From an uncultured virus (IMG/VR IMGVR_UViG_3300025135_000004) (taxonomy: Duplodnaviria; Heunggongvirae; Uroviricota; Caudoviricetes): a stretch of DNA of 20,000 nt. Below, in pieces: positions 8,692 through 17,601 of the stretch (positions are counted from its first letter, which is position 1; every line of letters begins with the position of its first letter). The stretch lies in the IMG/VR virus record IMGVR_UViG_3300025135_000004. One strand, written 5' to 3'. A program made the translations under genes and the position numbers. The notes beneath the pieces are model-generated. The model was given only the letters and a program-made list of their open reading frames with translations, searched no databases and had not been told where the DNA came from.

Positions 8692-8727
8692 AAAAAAAGC
8701 TCGAATAATATCGAGCTTTTTCTTTTT
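8692..8727. terminator. Bidirectional intrinsic terminator
   Basis: AAAAAAAGCTCGA-ATAATA-TCGAGCTTTTTCTTTTT between convergent genes. Confidence 0.88.
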
Positions 8728-8737
8728 GTTATTTTTT

Positions 8738-9394
8738 TTATTGAGGATTCTTAATCATTTTTTTGATATTCTGAATCTCCATTCCACCATCTACAATTTC
8801 TTCGTATCTGTCATTAATCTTTCTGTAAATTTTGAGTTTACCATTTCCTCCGATACTAAGATTTGGAAGAGAAGCTAAATCACCTGATTCCAGACCAGGA
8901 ATGTTTGTGGATACAATTCTATAGTTATTTCCATCTTCAACTTGTTTAACCAAGTCAATTTTGAATTTTTCTGTCTGAATTCTTAGTGCCCAACCTTTTT
9001 TGAAATTTACATTTTCAAACTCAGTCATATTCTGGTTATTAAATACATTTGCTCCTTTCGCTGCAACATCTACAATTTGACCATGAAGGTCATTTTTCTG
9101 TTGATTAAGGAGTTTTATTTTTGTATTGTATCCATTAATAACCTTTGTTAGAGCATCCATTTGCGCAGACTTAATATCCTTTAGCTCAGAATAATCTTCT
9201 TTGCTTATAGCAGACTTTTCTTCGTTATTTAGCTTCTCAAGTTTTTTTTCAAAAAGGTCAATAACATCGTTAACGTCCTCCATCGAATGTTTAACCTCGG
9301 CAGATACGTCCTTTAAAAAAGAAGCCTGAGATTCTTTTATAATTCTCAGGCTCTCTTTTCTAATTAAATCTCTAATTATTTTTTCCTCATTCAT
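8738..9394 (-). CDS. Hypothetical protein with N-terminal coiled coil and C-terminal beta-rich domain (218 aa)
   Basis: IIRDLIRKES..IIKE N-terminus, heptad-rich first half. Last gene of a 3-gene minus-strand operon. Confidence 0.75.
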   Translation of the reverse strand: MNEEKIIRDLIRKESLRIIKESQASFLKDVSAEVKHSMEDVNDVIDLFEKKLEKLNNEEKSAISKEDYSELKDIKSAQMDALTKVINGYNTKIKLLNQQKNDLHGQIVDVAAKGANVFNNQNMTEFENVNFKKGWALRIQTEKFKIDLVKQVEDGNNYRIVSTNIPGLESGDLASLPNLSIGGNGKLKIYRKINDRYEEIVDGGMEIQNIKKMIKNPQ

Positions 9395-9411
9395 AAAGAA
9401 TGTGTATTTTG

Positions 9412-10137
9412 TTATTTTAATTTAGCAAGAGCCTTCATTCTCTCAAGCTCTCTGTCAAGGGCACTTTTTTGTGCTGGAGTTTTTCCTTCACTAAGTAAAG
9501 TAGTTCCTTTTTTAACACTTTCGTTAACGTGTGTATCCTTTTCCATGTAGTCGTTGAATCTCGCTTCAGAATCTTGAGCTGGAGTTTCTCCTTCGATTGG
9601 CTCTTCAAGGTCTTCGTTAAGCTCTTCGTTGATTTCTTCGCTAAGTTCTCCCTCGCCTACAACCTCTTCAACTTCCATGTCTTCATCATCAGTCTCTTCA
9701 ACGTCAAATTCCATTTCATCTCCATCAATTTCCATTTCTTCACCGCCCATTTTAGCGTCAAGTTCTCTACCAAGTTCAGAAAATTTCATTTCGAAATATC
9801 CCATTTCTGGAGCGTCCATTTCTTCTCCACCAAGTTCCATTTCACCTTCGATTTCATCATCTTCTTTCAAGTGACTTCCGATTTTCTCGAATTTCTCACC
9901 ATACTTAACGTCTCCTTTACCAGCACCAGTCCATCCTGTAGACTTTATAGTTTTAGTTCCAGTAGCTTCAACCTCAGAAAGAGTTGTAGGAAGAGTTTCC
10001 AATTCTGAATTGATAGCTTCAAGCCTTGATTTGATTTCATTAGCTCTTGAAGCGTCTTTTGCCATAGAAGCATACTCCTCTTTAATGATTTGTTCTAACT
10101 CGGCTTTTGTTATTTGAAATTTGTTGTCTTTTTTCAT
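9412..10137 (-). CDS. Highly acidic scaffold/internal-head-like protein (241 aa)
   Basis: QITKAELEQIIKEE N-terminus, long E/D/M/G-rich tract, repeated [LI]-x-E (LSEEINEELNEDLEE), C-terminal LDRELERMKALAKL helix. Confidence 0.65.
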   Translation of the reverse strand: MKKDNKFQITKAELEQIIKEEYASMAKDASRANEIKSRLEAINSELETLPTTLSEVEATGTKTIKSTGWTGAGKGDVKYGEKFEKIGSHLKEDDEIEGEMELGGEEMDAPEMGYFEMKFSELGRELDAKMGGEEMEIDGDEMEFDVEETDDEDMEVEEVVGEGELSEEINEELNEDLEEPIEGETPAQDSEARFNDYMEKDTHVNESVKKGTTLLSEGKTPAQKSALDRELERMKALAKLK

Positions 10138-10163
10138 GACTATTAGTTTTCTTTATTATGTGA

Positions 10164-10526
10164 TTATTTATTATTAGAAATTTGCTTCTTAAGATTTTCT
10201 ATTTCAGCCTTAAGTTTAGCGTTCTCATCAATGATGTCTTCGTTGATTTTTTCTTTCTTATCGCTTTCAGAAAATTCTGCTTCTAATCTTGCGATGTTTG
10301 AGATGTTTTGGAAATTACTATCAACAAAACCATGCTTGTGAGTATCTGACATATCTCCTACAAAACCGAAAGAACCAGCCATGCCTAAGCTTGCTTCGTT
10401 AAGCGCCTTAAGTTCTTCTTCAATTCTTTTAACGTCTTCATAAAGCTCTTCTTTTCTCTTAATCCTTAGACCTTCTTTAAGAATCGCTTCTTTAATAGCA
10501 TTTGGGCTAACCTTTGATTTATTCAT
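10164..10526 (-). CDS. Coiled-coil hypothetical protein (120 aa)
   Basis: IKEAILKEG..KRIEEELKALNE and a C-terminal ENAKLKAEIENLKKQI coil. TATTTATTA upstream. Confidence 0.75.
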   Translation of the reverse strand: MNKSKVSPNAIKEAILKEGLRIKRKEELYEDVKRIEEELKALNEASLGMAGSFGFVGDMSDTHKHGFVDSNFQNISNIARLEAEFSESDKKEKINEDIIDENAKLKAEIENLKKQISNNK

Positions 10527-10540
10527 CTTTACTTGTTTTT

Positions 10541-10549
10541 TAATAAATA
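10541..10549 (-). promoter_or_regulatory. TATTTATTA putative late-promoter motif
   Basis: 14 nt upstream of the ATG at 10526. Confidence 0.55.
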
Positions 10550-10660
10550 TTCAAAAAAATTGATTTTCTCAATTCAATTATTTATTTTTCATTCAAAAGC
10601 ATTTGCTTTCATATAAATAGAGAGAAAATGTATAAACCAATAATTTTTAAAAATTTACGC

Positions 10661-11017
10661 ATGGGAAAGTTAATTAACGCAAGTAAAGAAGAATTTCAAC
10701 AAATTATAGAATCAGAGAAAAATGTTATTCTCGTAGATTTTTGGGCAAATTGGTGTGGCCCATGTAGAACACTTGGTCCTATTTTGCAAGATATATCAGA
10801 TGAGGTTGAAGATGTTACAATTCTTAAGGTAAATGTTGATGAAGGTGAGAATGCAATGTTATCTGCTCAATTTGGTATTAAGGGAATTCCTACAGTAATT
10901 GTATTTAGGGGCGGTGAGCAAGTTGACAAGTTCGTTGGACTTAGGAAGAAGGATGAGATAATATCTGTGATTGAAAAAAATAGAGAAACAAAAGAGGTGG
11001 ATGAGTCAAAAAATTAA
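10661..11017 (+). CDS. trxA: Thioredoxin
   Basis: VDFWANWCGPC active site, KVNVD, GIPT. The ATG at 10661 gives typical Trx length (ORF track start 10628). Confidence 0.93.
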   Translation: MGKLINASKEEFQQIIESEKNVILVDFWANWCGPCRTLGPILQDISDEVEDVTILKVNVDEGENAMLSAQFGIKGIPTVIVFRGGEQVDKFVGLRKKDEIISVIEKNRETKEVDESKN

Positions 11018-11858
11018 TGCCATAGTATTCAGTAAAGACAGGCCAGCCCAGTTGAACCTACTGCTTGAGAGCATTAAAAAAAATGCCCCAGGAGTATTTG
11101 ACTTAAATGTAATTGTCAGTCATACAAGCGAGGAATTTGACAAGGGATATGGACGAGTGATTCATAATCCAGAGTTTTCTGATGTAAAATTTTTCTTTGC
11201 AGAATCAGAATTTAAGGAGCAAGTTATGAGGCTTTTAAGTGTCGAGGGCAAGTATTCTTGCTTTTTTCTTGATGATGACCTTATATACAGAGAAGTTAAA
11301 CTTGCCGACATTGAAACTCAGCTGGAGCTTGATGATGATGTTGCTTGTTTTTCTTTGAGACTTGGAGAGAACACAAAGAATTGCTATACGCTTGGGACAA
11401 ACAATGTGCTCCACGATATGGAGCACGTGCAGAATACCATGAAGTGGGACTGGACTCTTCACTATCTTGATTTTGGATACCCCTTTGCGATGGATGGGCA
11501 TATATTTAGAAAATCAGATATTTACAAGCTTGTAAAAAAATCTAAATTTACAGGTGTTGAGGAGCTTGAGATGGCGCTATTTGATTTTACTGAGATGTTT
11601 CCAAGAAATAAAATGGTGTCATATAAGTATAGTGCTCTTGTTGGAGTTCCAATAGGAAGAGTGCAGCAGTCAATTGATGATGAAATGACCATCGCTCTTC
11701 AGGAGAGCAAGGCCAGAGTTATGAGAGTTGAGATGAATAATCAATTCTTGGATAATAATTTTATAAGTTTAGAAAAAATAGACTTTTCTGAAATAAATGG
11801 ATGTCATCAAGATTTAAACCTTGGCGTAAAAATAAAAAAACAGCAAGAAAATGAATAA
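11001..11858 (+). CDS. Putative GT-A fold glycosyltransferase
   Basis: IVFSKDRPAQLNLLLES N-terminus and FFLDDD (DxD-like). Probable ATG at 11001, overlapping the trx end. Confidence 0.6.
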   Translation: MSQKINAIVFSKDRPAQLNLLLESIKKNAPGVFDLNVIVSHTSEEFDKGYGRVIHNPEFSDVKFFFAESEFKEQVMRLLSVEGKYSCFFLDDDLIYREVKLADIETQLELDDDVACFSLRLGENTKNCYTLGTNNVLHDMEHVQNTMKWDWTLHYLDFGYPFAMDGHIFRKSDIYKLVKKSKFTGVEELEMALFDFTEMFPRNKMVSYKYSALVGVPIGRVQQSIDDEMTIALQESKARVMRVEMNNQFLDNNFISLEKIDFSEINGCHQDLNLGVKIKKQQENE

Positions 11859-12483
11859 GATTGAATATACAAACCCTTCGTTTCAAAGGATAAAATCACA
11901 ACTTGGAGCTCCTTCGATAGATATTGAACTTACGAATGAGCAAATGGCTGACTTACTTGAAAGTGCTCATAACGCCTTTTACCTGCTTTATGAGTTGGAT
12001 AAAGTAGAGAGAACAAAATACTTCAAAGACTTCTGGGTTGAGCAATATTTTTTCGCACTGTGCAAGGAGGCTCTTGGGAGAGTTAGAGGAAAATTTGACG
12101 GAAAACTACCAGTTCCAGGAACAGAATTAAAACTTAATCACAAGGAGTTGTTGGTGGAGGCAGATAAGGAAAAACAATTCCTTAGATATTTGATGCTTAA
12201 GGATAAAAACATTTTAATAGAAAATCAAAAACCAATCTTAGCATTCTATATAAATGTGAGAAATATGAATGGTGAAGATGTATCAACTTTAGTTGAACAA
12301 ATCAAAGCGGAGTTCCACAGCGATAATCTTATACAGTATTTTGTTCCGATTAGAGATGGTGAAAGCAGAATTGAGTGCGTATACCCAAAATACATTGCAA
12401 GCGATGAAGTCAAGAAGGAAATAGAGGAATCTACTTCCTGTTTTAATAATCGAATAAAAAACTTTGAAGGTAATGAGGAATAA
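11851..12483 (+). CDS. Miniature neck protein (gp13-like) fused to a portal (gp20) clip-like segment
   Basis: aa 11-115: IKSQLGAPSIDIELTNEQM and WVEQYFFALCKEALGRVRGKF..PG..LN...L.EA..EK..L match the gp13 N- and C-terminal motifs. aa 128-179: FYINVRNMNGEDV...YFVPIRDG.SRIE resembles portal FYIDVGN...Y(F/W).P.R. Confidence 0.6.
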   Translation: MNKIEYTNPSFQRIKSQLGAPSIDIELTNEQMADLLESAHNAFYLLYELDKVERTKYFKDFWVEQYFFALCKEALGRVRGKFDGKLPVPGTELKLNHKELLVEADKEKQFLRYLMLKDKNILIENQKPILAFYINVRNMNGEDVSTLVEQIKAEFHSDNLIQYFVPIRDGESRIECVYPKYIASDEVKKEIEESTSCFNNRIKNFEGNEE

Positions 12484-13216
12484 AATCAAAATAATAATAC
12501 CATTCTATAATCCAGGGGAATTTTTGGAGCAATGTGTTGCAACTGCAATGTCACAAAAGTATGACAACTACGAAGTAATATTTATTGACGACATGTCAAC
12601 AGATGGCTCTTACGATAAATTACCTCATGATAATCCTAAGGCAAAGATTATTAGGAACACAATCAGGAAGACAGCTCTTGAAAACATTCACGATGCAATT
12701 ATGAACCATTGCGAGCCAGATGACATCGTTGTCCTTCTCGATGGAGACGACTGGTTTCCAAACAAGAAAGTCCTTCAATATGTTGATGAACAATATAGTG
12801 AACATGATTGCTGGATTATGTATGGACAAGCGAGTTGGACAGATGGTAGAAGAGGATTTGCAAGCGCATATCCAGTGGAAGAATTTAAAAACGTTAGAAC
12901 GGCCCCATTTAGAGTTTCCCATCTTAGAACTTTTAGGGCTGGACTTTATCATAGAATTAAAGACCAAGACCCGACTTTTTCTCACCTTAAAGATGATGAG
13001 GGAAATTTCTATCGTTGGTCATACGATACAGCAATGATGTTTACAATAATGGAGATGGCTGGCCACGAGAAGACAAGGTTTAATGATACGATTCTTTATA
13101 TCTACAATAGAGATAATCCTATCTCTGAAGATAAAGTAAATCAACAAGCCCAATGGGATGTTCATAAAGCTGTCAGCAAAAAAAAGCCTATGATGCAGAT
13201 TTTATCTTATAAGTAA
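12473..13216 (+). CDS. GT2 family glycosyltransferase
   Basis: IIIPFYN, IFIDDMSTDGS, LLDGDDW. Probable ATG at 12473. Confidence 0.9.
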   Translation: MRNKIKIIIPFYNPGEFLEQCVATAMSQKYDNYEVIFIDDMSTDGSYDKLPHDNPKAKIIRNTIRKTALENIHDAIMNHCEPDDIVVLLDGDDWFPNKKVLQYVDEQYSEHDCWIMYGQASWTDGRRGFASAYPVEEFKNVRTAPFRVSHLRTFRAGLYHRIKDQDPTFSHLKDDEGNFYRWSYDTAMMFTIMEMAGHEKTRFNDTILYIYNRDNPISEDKVNQQAQWDVHKAVSKKKPMMQILSYK

Positions 13217-13227
13217 AATACTATTTT

Positions 13228-14139
13228 ATGGTAGGAGAGTTAGATAATTTAATAAATTACATTAATGCAAAAAAAATTGATTACAATAATATTAAAGAAA
13301 ATAATATCGTAATCATTCAAGACCCAGAAAAGTCTTATGATATTAATTTTTTAATTACAGCGAGGGGTAGGGCAAATTTTGCTCAACCAATGTATGATAG
13401 TTTTAAGGCGGCTGCAGATAATTCTAAATTAAACATCACATATACAGTTGTTGAACACAGTGAATTTCCAGAACACTCAAAATTCTGTAAAAAAAACAAG
13501 CTTAATTATATTTGGATTAAATCTACTCCAGGAGAGCTGTTCAACAAGTGTCTATCCTACAACGTGGGTGTTTTTTTTGGGCCTAAGTCAAAATATTGCT
13601 TATTTCACGACATAGATTGCTTAGTTCAATCTGATTTTTTTATTAAATTATCAGAAAATATTGAAAACAAAAAATGTAGAGCTATTCAGTGTTTCACTGG
13701 GAGGAGAGTTTTGTATATTAGCGAGCAATTTACACCTAAAGTTATTTCTGGAGAATTTTCAGTTGATAACCTAAATCTTTCTATGCCAGAAGTTGACTTA
13801 CCAAGACTTGGGGGAAAAGTGATGATTGGCGCTCCTGGTGGCTCCATTCTCGTTGAGAGAGATTTGTTTTTTGAAGTTGGTGGATATGATGCTGAATTAT
13901 TTTTAGCAAATTCTCCAGAAGATGCTTTTTTTTGGGAAAAGATTGATGCAATTGATAAGATGCATATTTCTGATAGCCCAGACATTGAATTATATCACAT
14001 GTACCACCCGCCTACTTGGATGAATAATCCATATGTAGATGAGATGCAGATAATAAATAAAATTTTTAAAGAATTGAGTTTAGAAGACAAAAAAATAATA
14101 ATTAGTCTAAAATCTGATGTGATTAAAGAGTTTAAATAA
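13228..14139 (+). CDS. Glycosyltransferase, GT2/GT7-C (galactosyltransferase-like)
   Basis: FNKCLSYNVG, FHDID, VGGYDAELF...ED and LYHMYHP motifs. Confidence 0.8.
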   Translation: MVGELDNLINYINAKKIDYNNIKENNIVIIQDPEKSYDINFLITARGRANFAQPMYDSFKAAADNSKLNITYTVVEHSEFPEHSKFCKKNKLNYIWIKSTPGELFNKCLSYNVGVFFGPKSKYCLFHDIDCLVQSDFFIKLSENIENKKCRAIQCFTGRRVLYISEQFTPKVISGEFSVDNLNLSMPEVDLPRLGGKVMIGAPGGSILVERDLFFEVGGYDAELFLANSPEDAFFWEKIDAIDKMHISDSPDIELYHMYHPPTWMNNPYVDEMQIINKIFKELSLEDKKIIISLKSDVIKEFK

Positions 14140-14149
14140 AATCTAAAAT

Positions 14150-14749
14150 ATGATTGATATTGTTTATTACATAAACCTGGACCACAGAGATGATAGAAGG
14201 GCTCACATAGAAAAAACGTTAAAAAAATGTGACCTTATAAATATTTCACACAGAATTTCAGCAATTAAAAGAGATATTGGTGTCATGGGTTGTGTTGAGT
14301 CTCATATTCTAACTTTAGAAAAATTTATTGAATCAGGATTAGATTATGCGTTGATAATAGAAGATGATTTGTTAATAAAAGAAAAAGAAAATTTTAAAAA
14401 AGAATTGTCTAAAATATTTGAAAAGAACATAGATTTTGATTTAGTTCAAATATCTGGAAATCACATAAAACTTGATGATTGCAGTTATGATTTCTTAAGA
14501 AAAGTAATTGATTCTCAGACCACCTCTGGATACATAATAACAAGAGGATTTGCACCAATTCTATTGAAAAACTTTAGAGAGTCTCTTGAGAATATGAACA
14601 AGGAAGGTAAGAAACATGAAAATTGTTTAGATATTTATTGGAAAAAATTACAACCAGACAATAAGTGGTTTGCATTTTTCCCAGCTCTTGGAACTCAAAT
14701 GCCTGGGTATTCGGATATAGAAAATAGAGATGTATATTATAATTGTTAA
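14150..14749 (+). CDS. GT25 family glycosyltransferase
   Basis: YYINLDHRDDRR, GCVESH, IIEDD, TSGYII and SDIE motifs. Confidence 0.85.
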   Translation: MIDIVYYINLDHRDDRRAHIEKTLKKCDLINISHRISAIKRDIGVMGCVESHILTLEKFIESGLDYALIIEDDLLIKEKENFKKELSKIFEKNIDFDLVQISGNHIKLDDCSYDFLRKVIDSQTTSGYIITRGFAPILLKNFRESLENMNKEGKKHENCLDIYWKKLQPDNKWFAFFPALGTQMPGYSDIENRDVYYNC

Positions 14750-14751
14750 TT

Positions 14752-15561
14752 ATGCAGGAAGAAAATATGAATAATATAAAAATTTATTGCAGCTGGGACC
14801 TTGAAATTGAATTAAAGCACGAGAAACAAATAGAGTTGTACGTTGACAAACTTCCAGTAGATAAAAGTCCACCTGGAGTTGTAAGATTTGTCTTTCTATT
14901 GGAGCCTCCTGAGATATTAGATTTGACTAAACACATAATTCAAGCACATCATAATAACACATTCGACTATTTATTTACTCATAACCAAGAGTTATTAGAT
15001 ACGATAAAAAACTCATTTGTAATGCCGCTGGCATCCACTTGGATTAGAGACTATAATTTTCCAGAAAAAGAGTTTTCTGTATCCGCTCTTGTTGGTGGAA
15101 AACTTCTTGCACCTGGACATTATCTTAGGCAAAAAATCTGGTTTAAAGAAGATAAAATAACTGTGCCAAGAAGATTTTTTTTGAGTGGTAATTATGGTGG
15201 AATAGAAAATTATAACAATAACCCAATTCTTGGAAAAGATAAGGCACCTTTATTTGATAGTCAATTTCACATTTGTATTGAAAATGCTAATAGGAGAAAT
15301 TGGTTTACTGAAAAAATAATTGATTGCATGGTTACTAAGACTGTTCCTATATATTGGGGTTGCCCAAATATAGGAGATTGGTTTGATACGAGAGGGATGA
15401 TTATAGCAAGTGATTATAAAGAGATAATTGATAAGTGCAATTCTCTAAACGAAAACACATATAATGAAATGCTTCCATTTATTGAAAGTAATTTTGAAGA
15501 GTCAAAAAAATATGTTAGTATTGCAGATAGATTAAGAAATAAAATTTTAGAACTAATATAG
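14752..15561 (+). CDS. GT10-like (alpha-1,3/4-fucosyltransferase family) glycosyltransferase
   Basis: FHICIEN....FTEKIIDC..TKTVPIYWGCPNI signature. Start at 14752 or 14767. Confidence 0.8.
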   Translation: MQEENMNNIKIYCSWDLEIELKHEKQIELYVDKLPVDKSPPGVVRFVFLLEPPEILDLTKHIIQAHHNNTFDYLFTHNQELLDTIKNSFVMPLASTWIRDYNFPEKEFSVSALVGGKLLAPGHYLRQKIWFKEDKITVPRRFFLSGNYGGIENYNNNPILGKDKAPLFDSQFHICIENANRRNWFTEKIIDCMVTKTVPIYWGCPNIGDWFDTRGMIIASDYKEIIDKCNSLNENTYNEMLPFIESNFEESKKYVSIADRLRNKILELI

Positions 15562-15600
15562 ATAAAGCATAATAGTTTTATAGTAAAATAAAAATTTAAA

Positions 15601-16797
15601 ATGGGAAATCCTACATGGCCAGATGTAATGAAATTTGAATTGGTTAAAAACCCAATTTTATTTGACGTAGGCGGATATAAAGGTGATTGGGCACAGATAG
15701 CTATGGATAATTACGGAGATTCAGTAATTTATGTGTTTGAACCAGTAAAAGAATTCTACAACATAATAGTTGAAAGATATAAGAATAATTCAAATATAAA
15801 AGTGTTTAACTTTGGATTATCAGATGAAAATAGAACTGAAAAAATATCAAATTCAGCCGATGCATCTTCTGTATTTCTTGGAGGCGGAGGAGAAGAAATT
15901 GAATTAAAAGACATTAGAGAGTTTTTGTTTGAACAAAATATATTTCATGTAGACTTAATAAAAATAAACATTGAAGGGGAAGAATATAGACTTTTGGAGC
16001 ATCTAATCAAACATCCAGAACTTAATGTGTTTGAAAATTACCTGATTCAATTTCATACATTTATCGACAATCACATAGAAAGGAGGAATGTAATTGTAGA
16101 GGAAATATCTAAATATTATGAAAGAGTTTTTAATTATGAGTTCATTTTTGAAGGATGGACTATGAAAAAAATTCAAAAGATAAACTGCTTTGGAGATAGT
16201 CATATTAGTATTTTTTCTCAAGCCGAGCACTTAATTAAGGAAAATATATTTTCAATTACAGGTCCATTTAATGCTTTTCGATTTGGCCCTTATGTGGCAT
16301 ACAACCTTCAGAGTAAGTCAAATGTTATAAGTAACATAAGTGCTGTAAATAAAAACGAAAATCTTCTTATTTGTTTTGGAGAAATAGATTGTAGAGCTCA
16401 AGTTAAAAAAGTATGTGAAGAAACCAATAGGGGTTATAAAGAGGTTATTGATGAAATTATATATAATTACTTCACTGTAGTAAAATGCGCAAACAATAAA
16501 AACACTATATTATTCTCAGTTGCTCCAGAATTAAAAGAAAAACCCCATTGGTATTATTACAAAGACCATCCAGAAGTCTTTGATTGTCCAAGAGGAACAC
16601 TATCTGAAAGAGCAGAATATAAAAGGTATTTTAATCAAAGAGTAAAAGAGGAATCTGAGAAATTAGGATTAAAATATATTTCAATTTATGATTATGTTAA
16701 TGGAAAAGATATTTACTATCTTGATGATATTCACTTGGCCCCTAAAAAGGTTTTTTATTTTATTAAAAGAGAAATGATTAAAAACGGATTAATATGA
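15601..16797 (+). CDS. FkbM-family methyltransferase fused to SGNH/GDSL-like hydrolase domain
   Basis: N-terminus FDVGGYKG, VFEPV, FNFGLS, LIKINIEGEEY. C-terminus CFGDSH, FGEIDCR, DDIHL. Confidence 0.8.
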   Translation: MGNPTWPDVMKFELVKNPILFDVGGYKGDWAQIAMDNYGDSVIYVFEPVKEFYNIIVERYKNNSNIKVFNFGLSDENRTEKISNSADASSVFLGGGGEEIELKDIREFLFEQNIFHVDLIKINIEGEEYRLLEHLIKHPELNVFENYLIQFHTFIDNHIERRNVIVEEISKYYERVFNYEFIFEGWTMKKIQKINCFGDSHISIFSQAEHLIKENIFSITGPFNAFRFGPYVAYNLQSKSNVISNISAVNKNENLLICFGEIDCRAQVKKVCEETNRGYKEVIDEIIYNYFTVVKCANNKNTILFSVAPELKEKPHWYYYKDHPEVFDCPRGTLSERAEYKRYFNQRVKEESEKLGLKYISIYDYVNGKDIYYLDDIHLAPKKVFYFIKREMIKNGLI

Positions 16798-17597
16798 CAA
16801 TAAAGTCAGATAAAATGGAAATTTCAGCAACACTTCAAGGCGGCCTCGGAAACTACATGTTTCAAGTTGCTGTCGCATATGCATACGCAAAAAGATATGA
16901 TATGGAGGTTGGTTTTAGTGCTCAACAAGCAAGGGGGCCTCACCAAGATGCTTGGGAATATCAAGATAATGTATTTAAGGGTGTTGATTTGGTATTTTTT
17001 ATGAAAGGGAATCCACGTCAAATCCTCGAATCTGGATTCCACTATCAAGAATTACCTTTTTATCCAAATATAAGTATCTTGTTAACAGGATATTTTCAAT
17101 CTGAAAAATATTTTAAGGATTACGAAAATGAGATTAGAGACCTATTTATGTCATACGATGTTGAGCTTAGTGACGAGATTAGAGGACTTCTTGAAAATGA
17201 AAATACATGCTCAATACACGTAAGAAGGGGCGATTATCTTAAGTCCCCAAATCATCACCCAACTCAGAACATGAACTATTACATGAAGGCTATTAGGCAA
17301 ATGCCAAAAGATTCTGTGTTTCTTATTTTTTCTGATGATATTCAGTGGTGCAAAGACAATTTTCCAGACCTTCCAGAAAAGTTTAAATTCATAGAAGGAA
17401 ACAAAGATTATGAAGACCTTTATCTGATGAGTCGATGCAAAAACAACATTATCTGTAACTCAACATTTTCATGGTGGGGAGCTTGGCTTAATAGAAATGA
17501 GGACAAAATAGTTGTTGCCCCCTCAACCTGGTTTGGGCCCGCATACTCTAATTATAATATAGATGACCTTTATTGTGATGGTTGGATTAAAATTTAA
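16794..17597 (+). CDS. GT11 alpha-1,2-fucosyl/colitosyltransferase
   Basis: GGLGNYMFQ, GYFQSEKYF, HVRRGDY, FSDDIQWC and NSTFSWWGAWL motifs. Confidence 0.92.
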   Translation: MTIKSDKMEISATLQGGLGNYMFQVAVAYAYAKRYDMEVGFSAQQARGPHQDAWEYQDNVFKGVDLVFFMKGNPRQILESGFHYQELPFYPNISILLTGYFQSEKYFKDYENEIRDLFMSYDVELSDEIRGLLENENTCSIHVRRGDYLKSPNHHPTQNMNYYMKAIRQMPKDSVFLIFSDDIQWCKDNFPDLPEKFKFIEGNKDYEDLYLMSRCKNNIICNSTFSWWGAWLNRNEDKIVVAPSTWFGPAYSNYNIDDLYCDGWIKI

Positions 17598-17601
17598 TTA
17601 A

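Noticed and set aside
9590..9870. Repetitive ttccatttc/ttcttc tract as a DNA repeat or CRISPR array
   Set aside because: It reflects the E/D/M-rich low-complexity protein. There are no fixed-length repeats with spacers.
10612..10619. TATAAATA as a canonical T4 late promoter for trx
   Set aside because: The other instances work in the opposite orientation (TATTTAT on the coding strand), so it more likely serves the minus-strand operon. Left unassigned.
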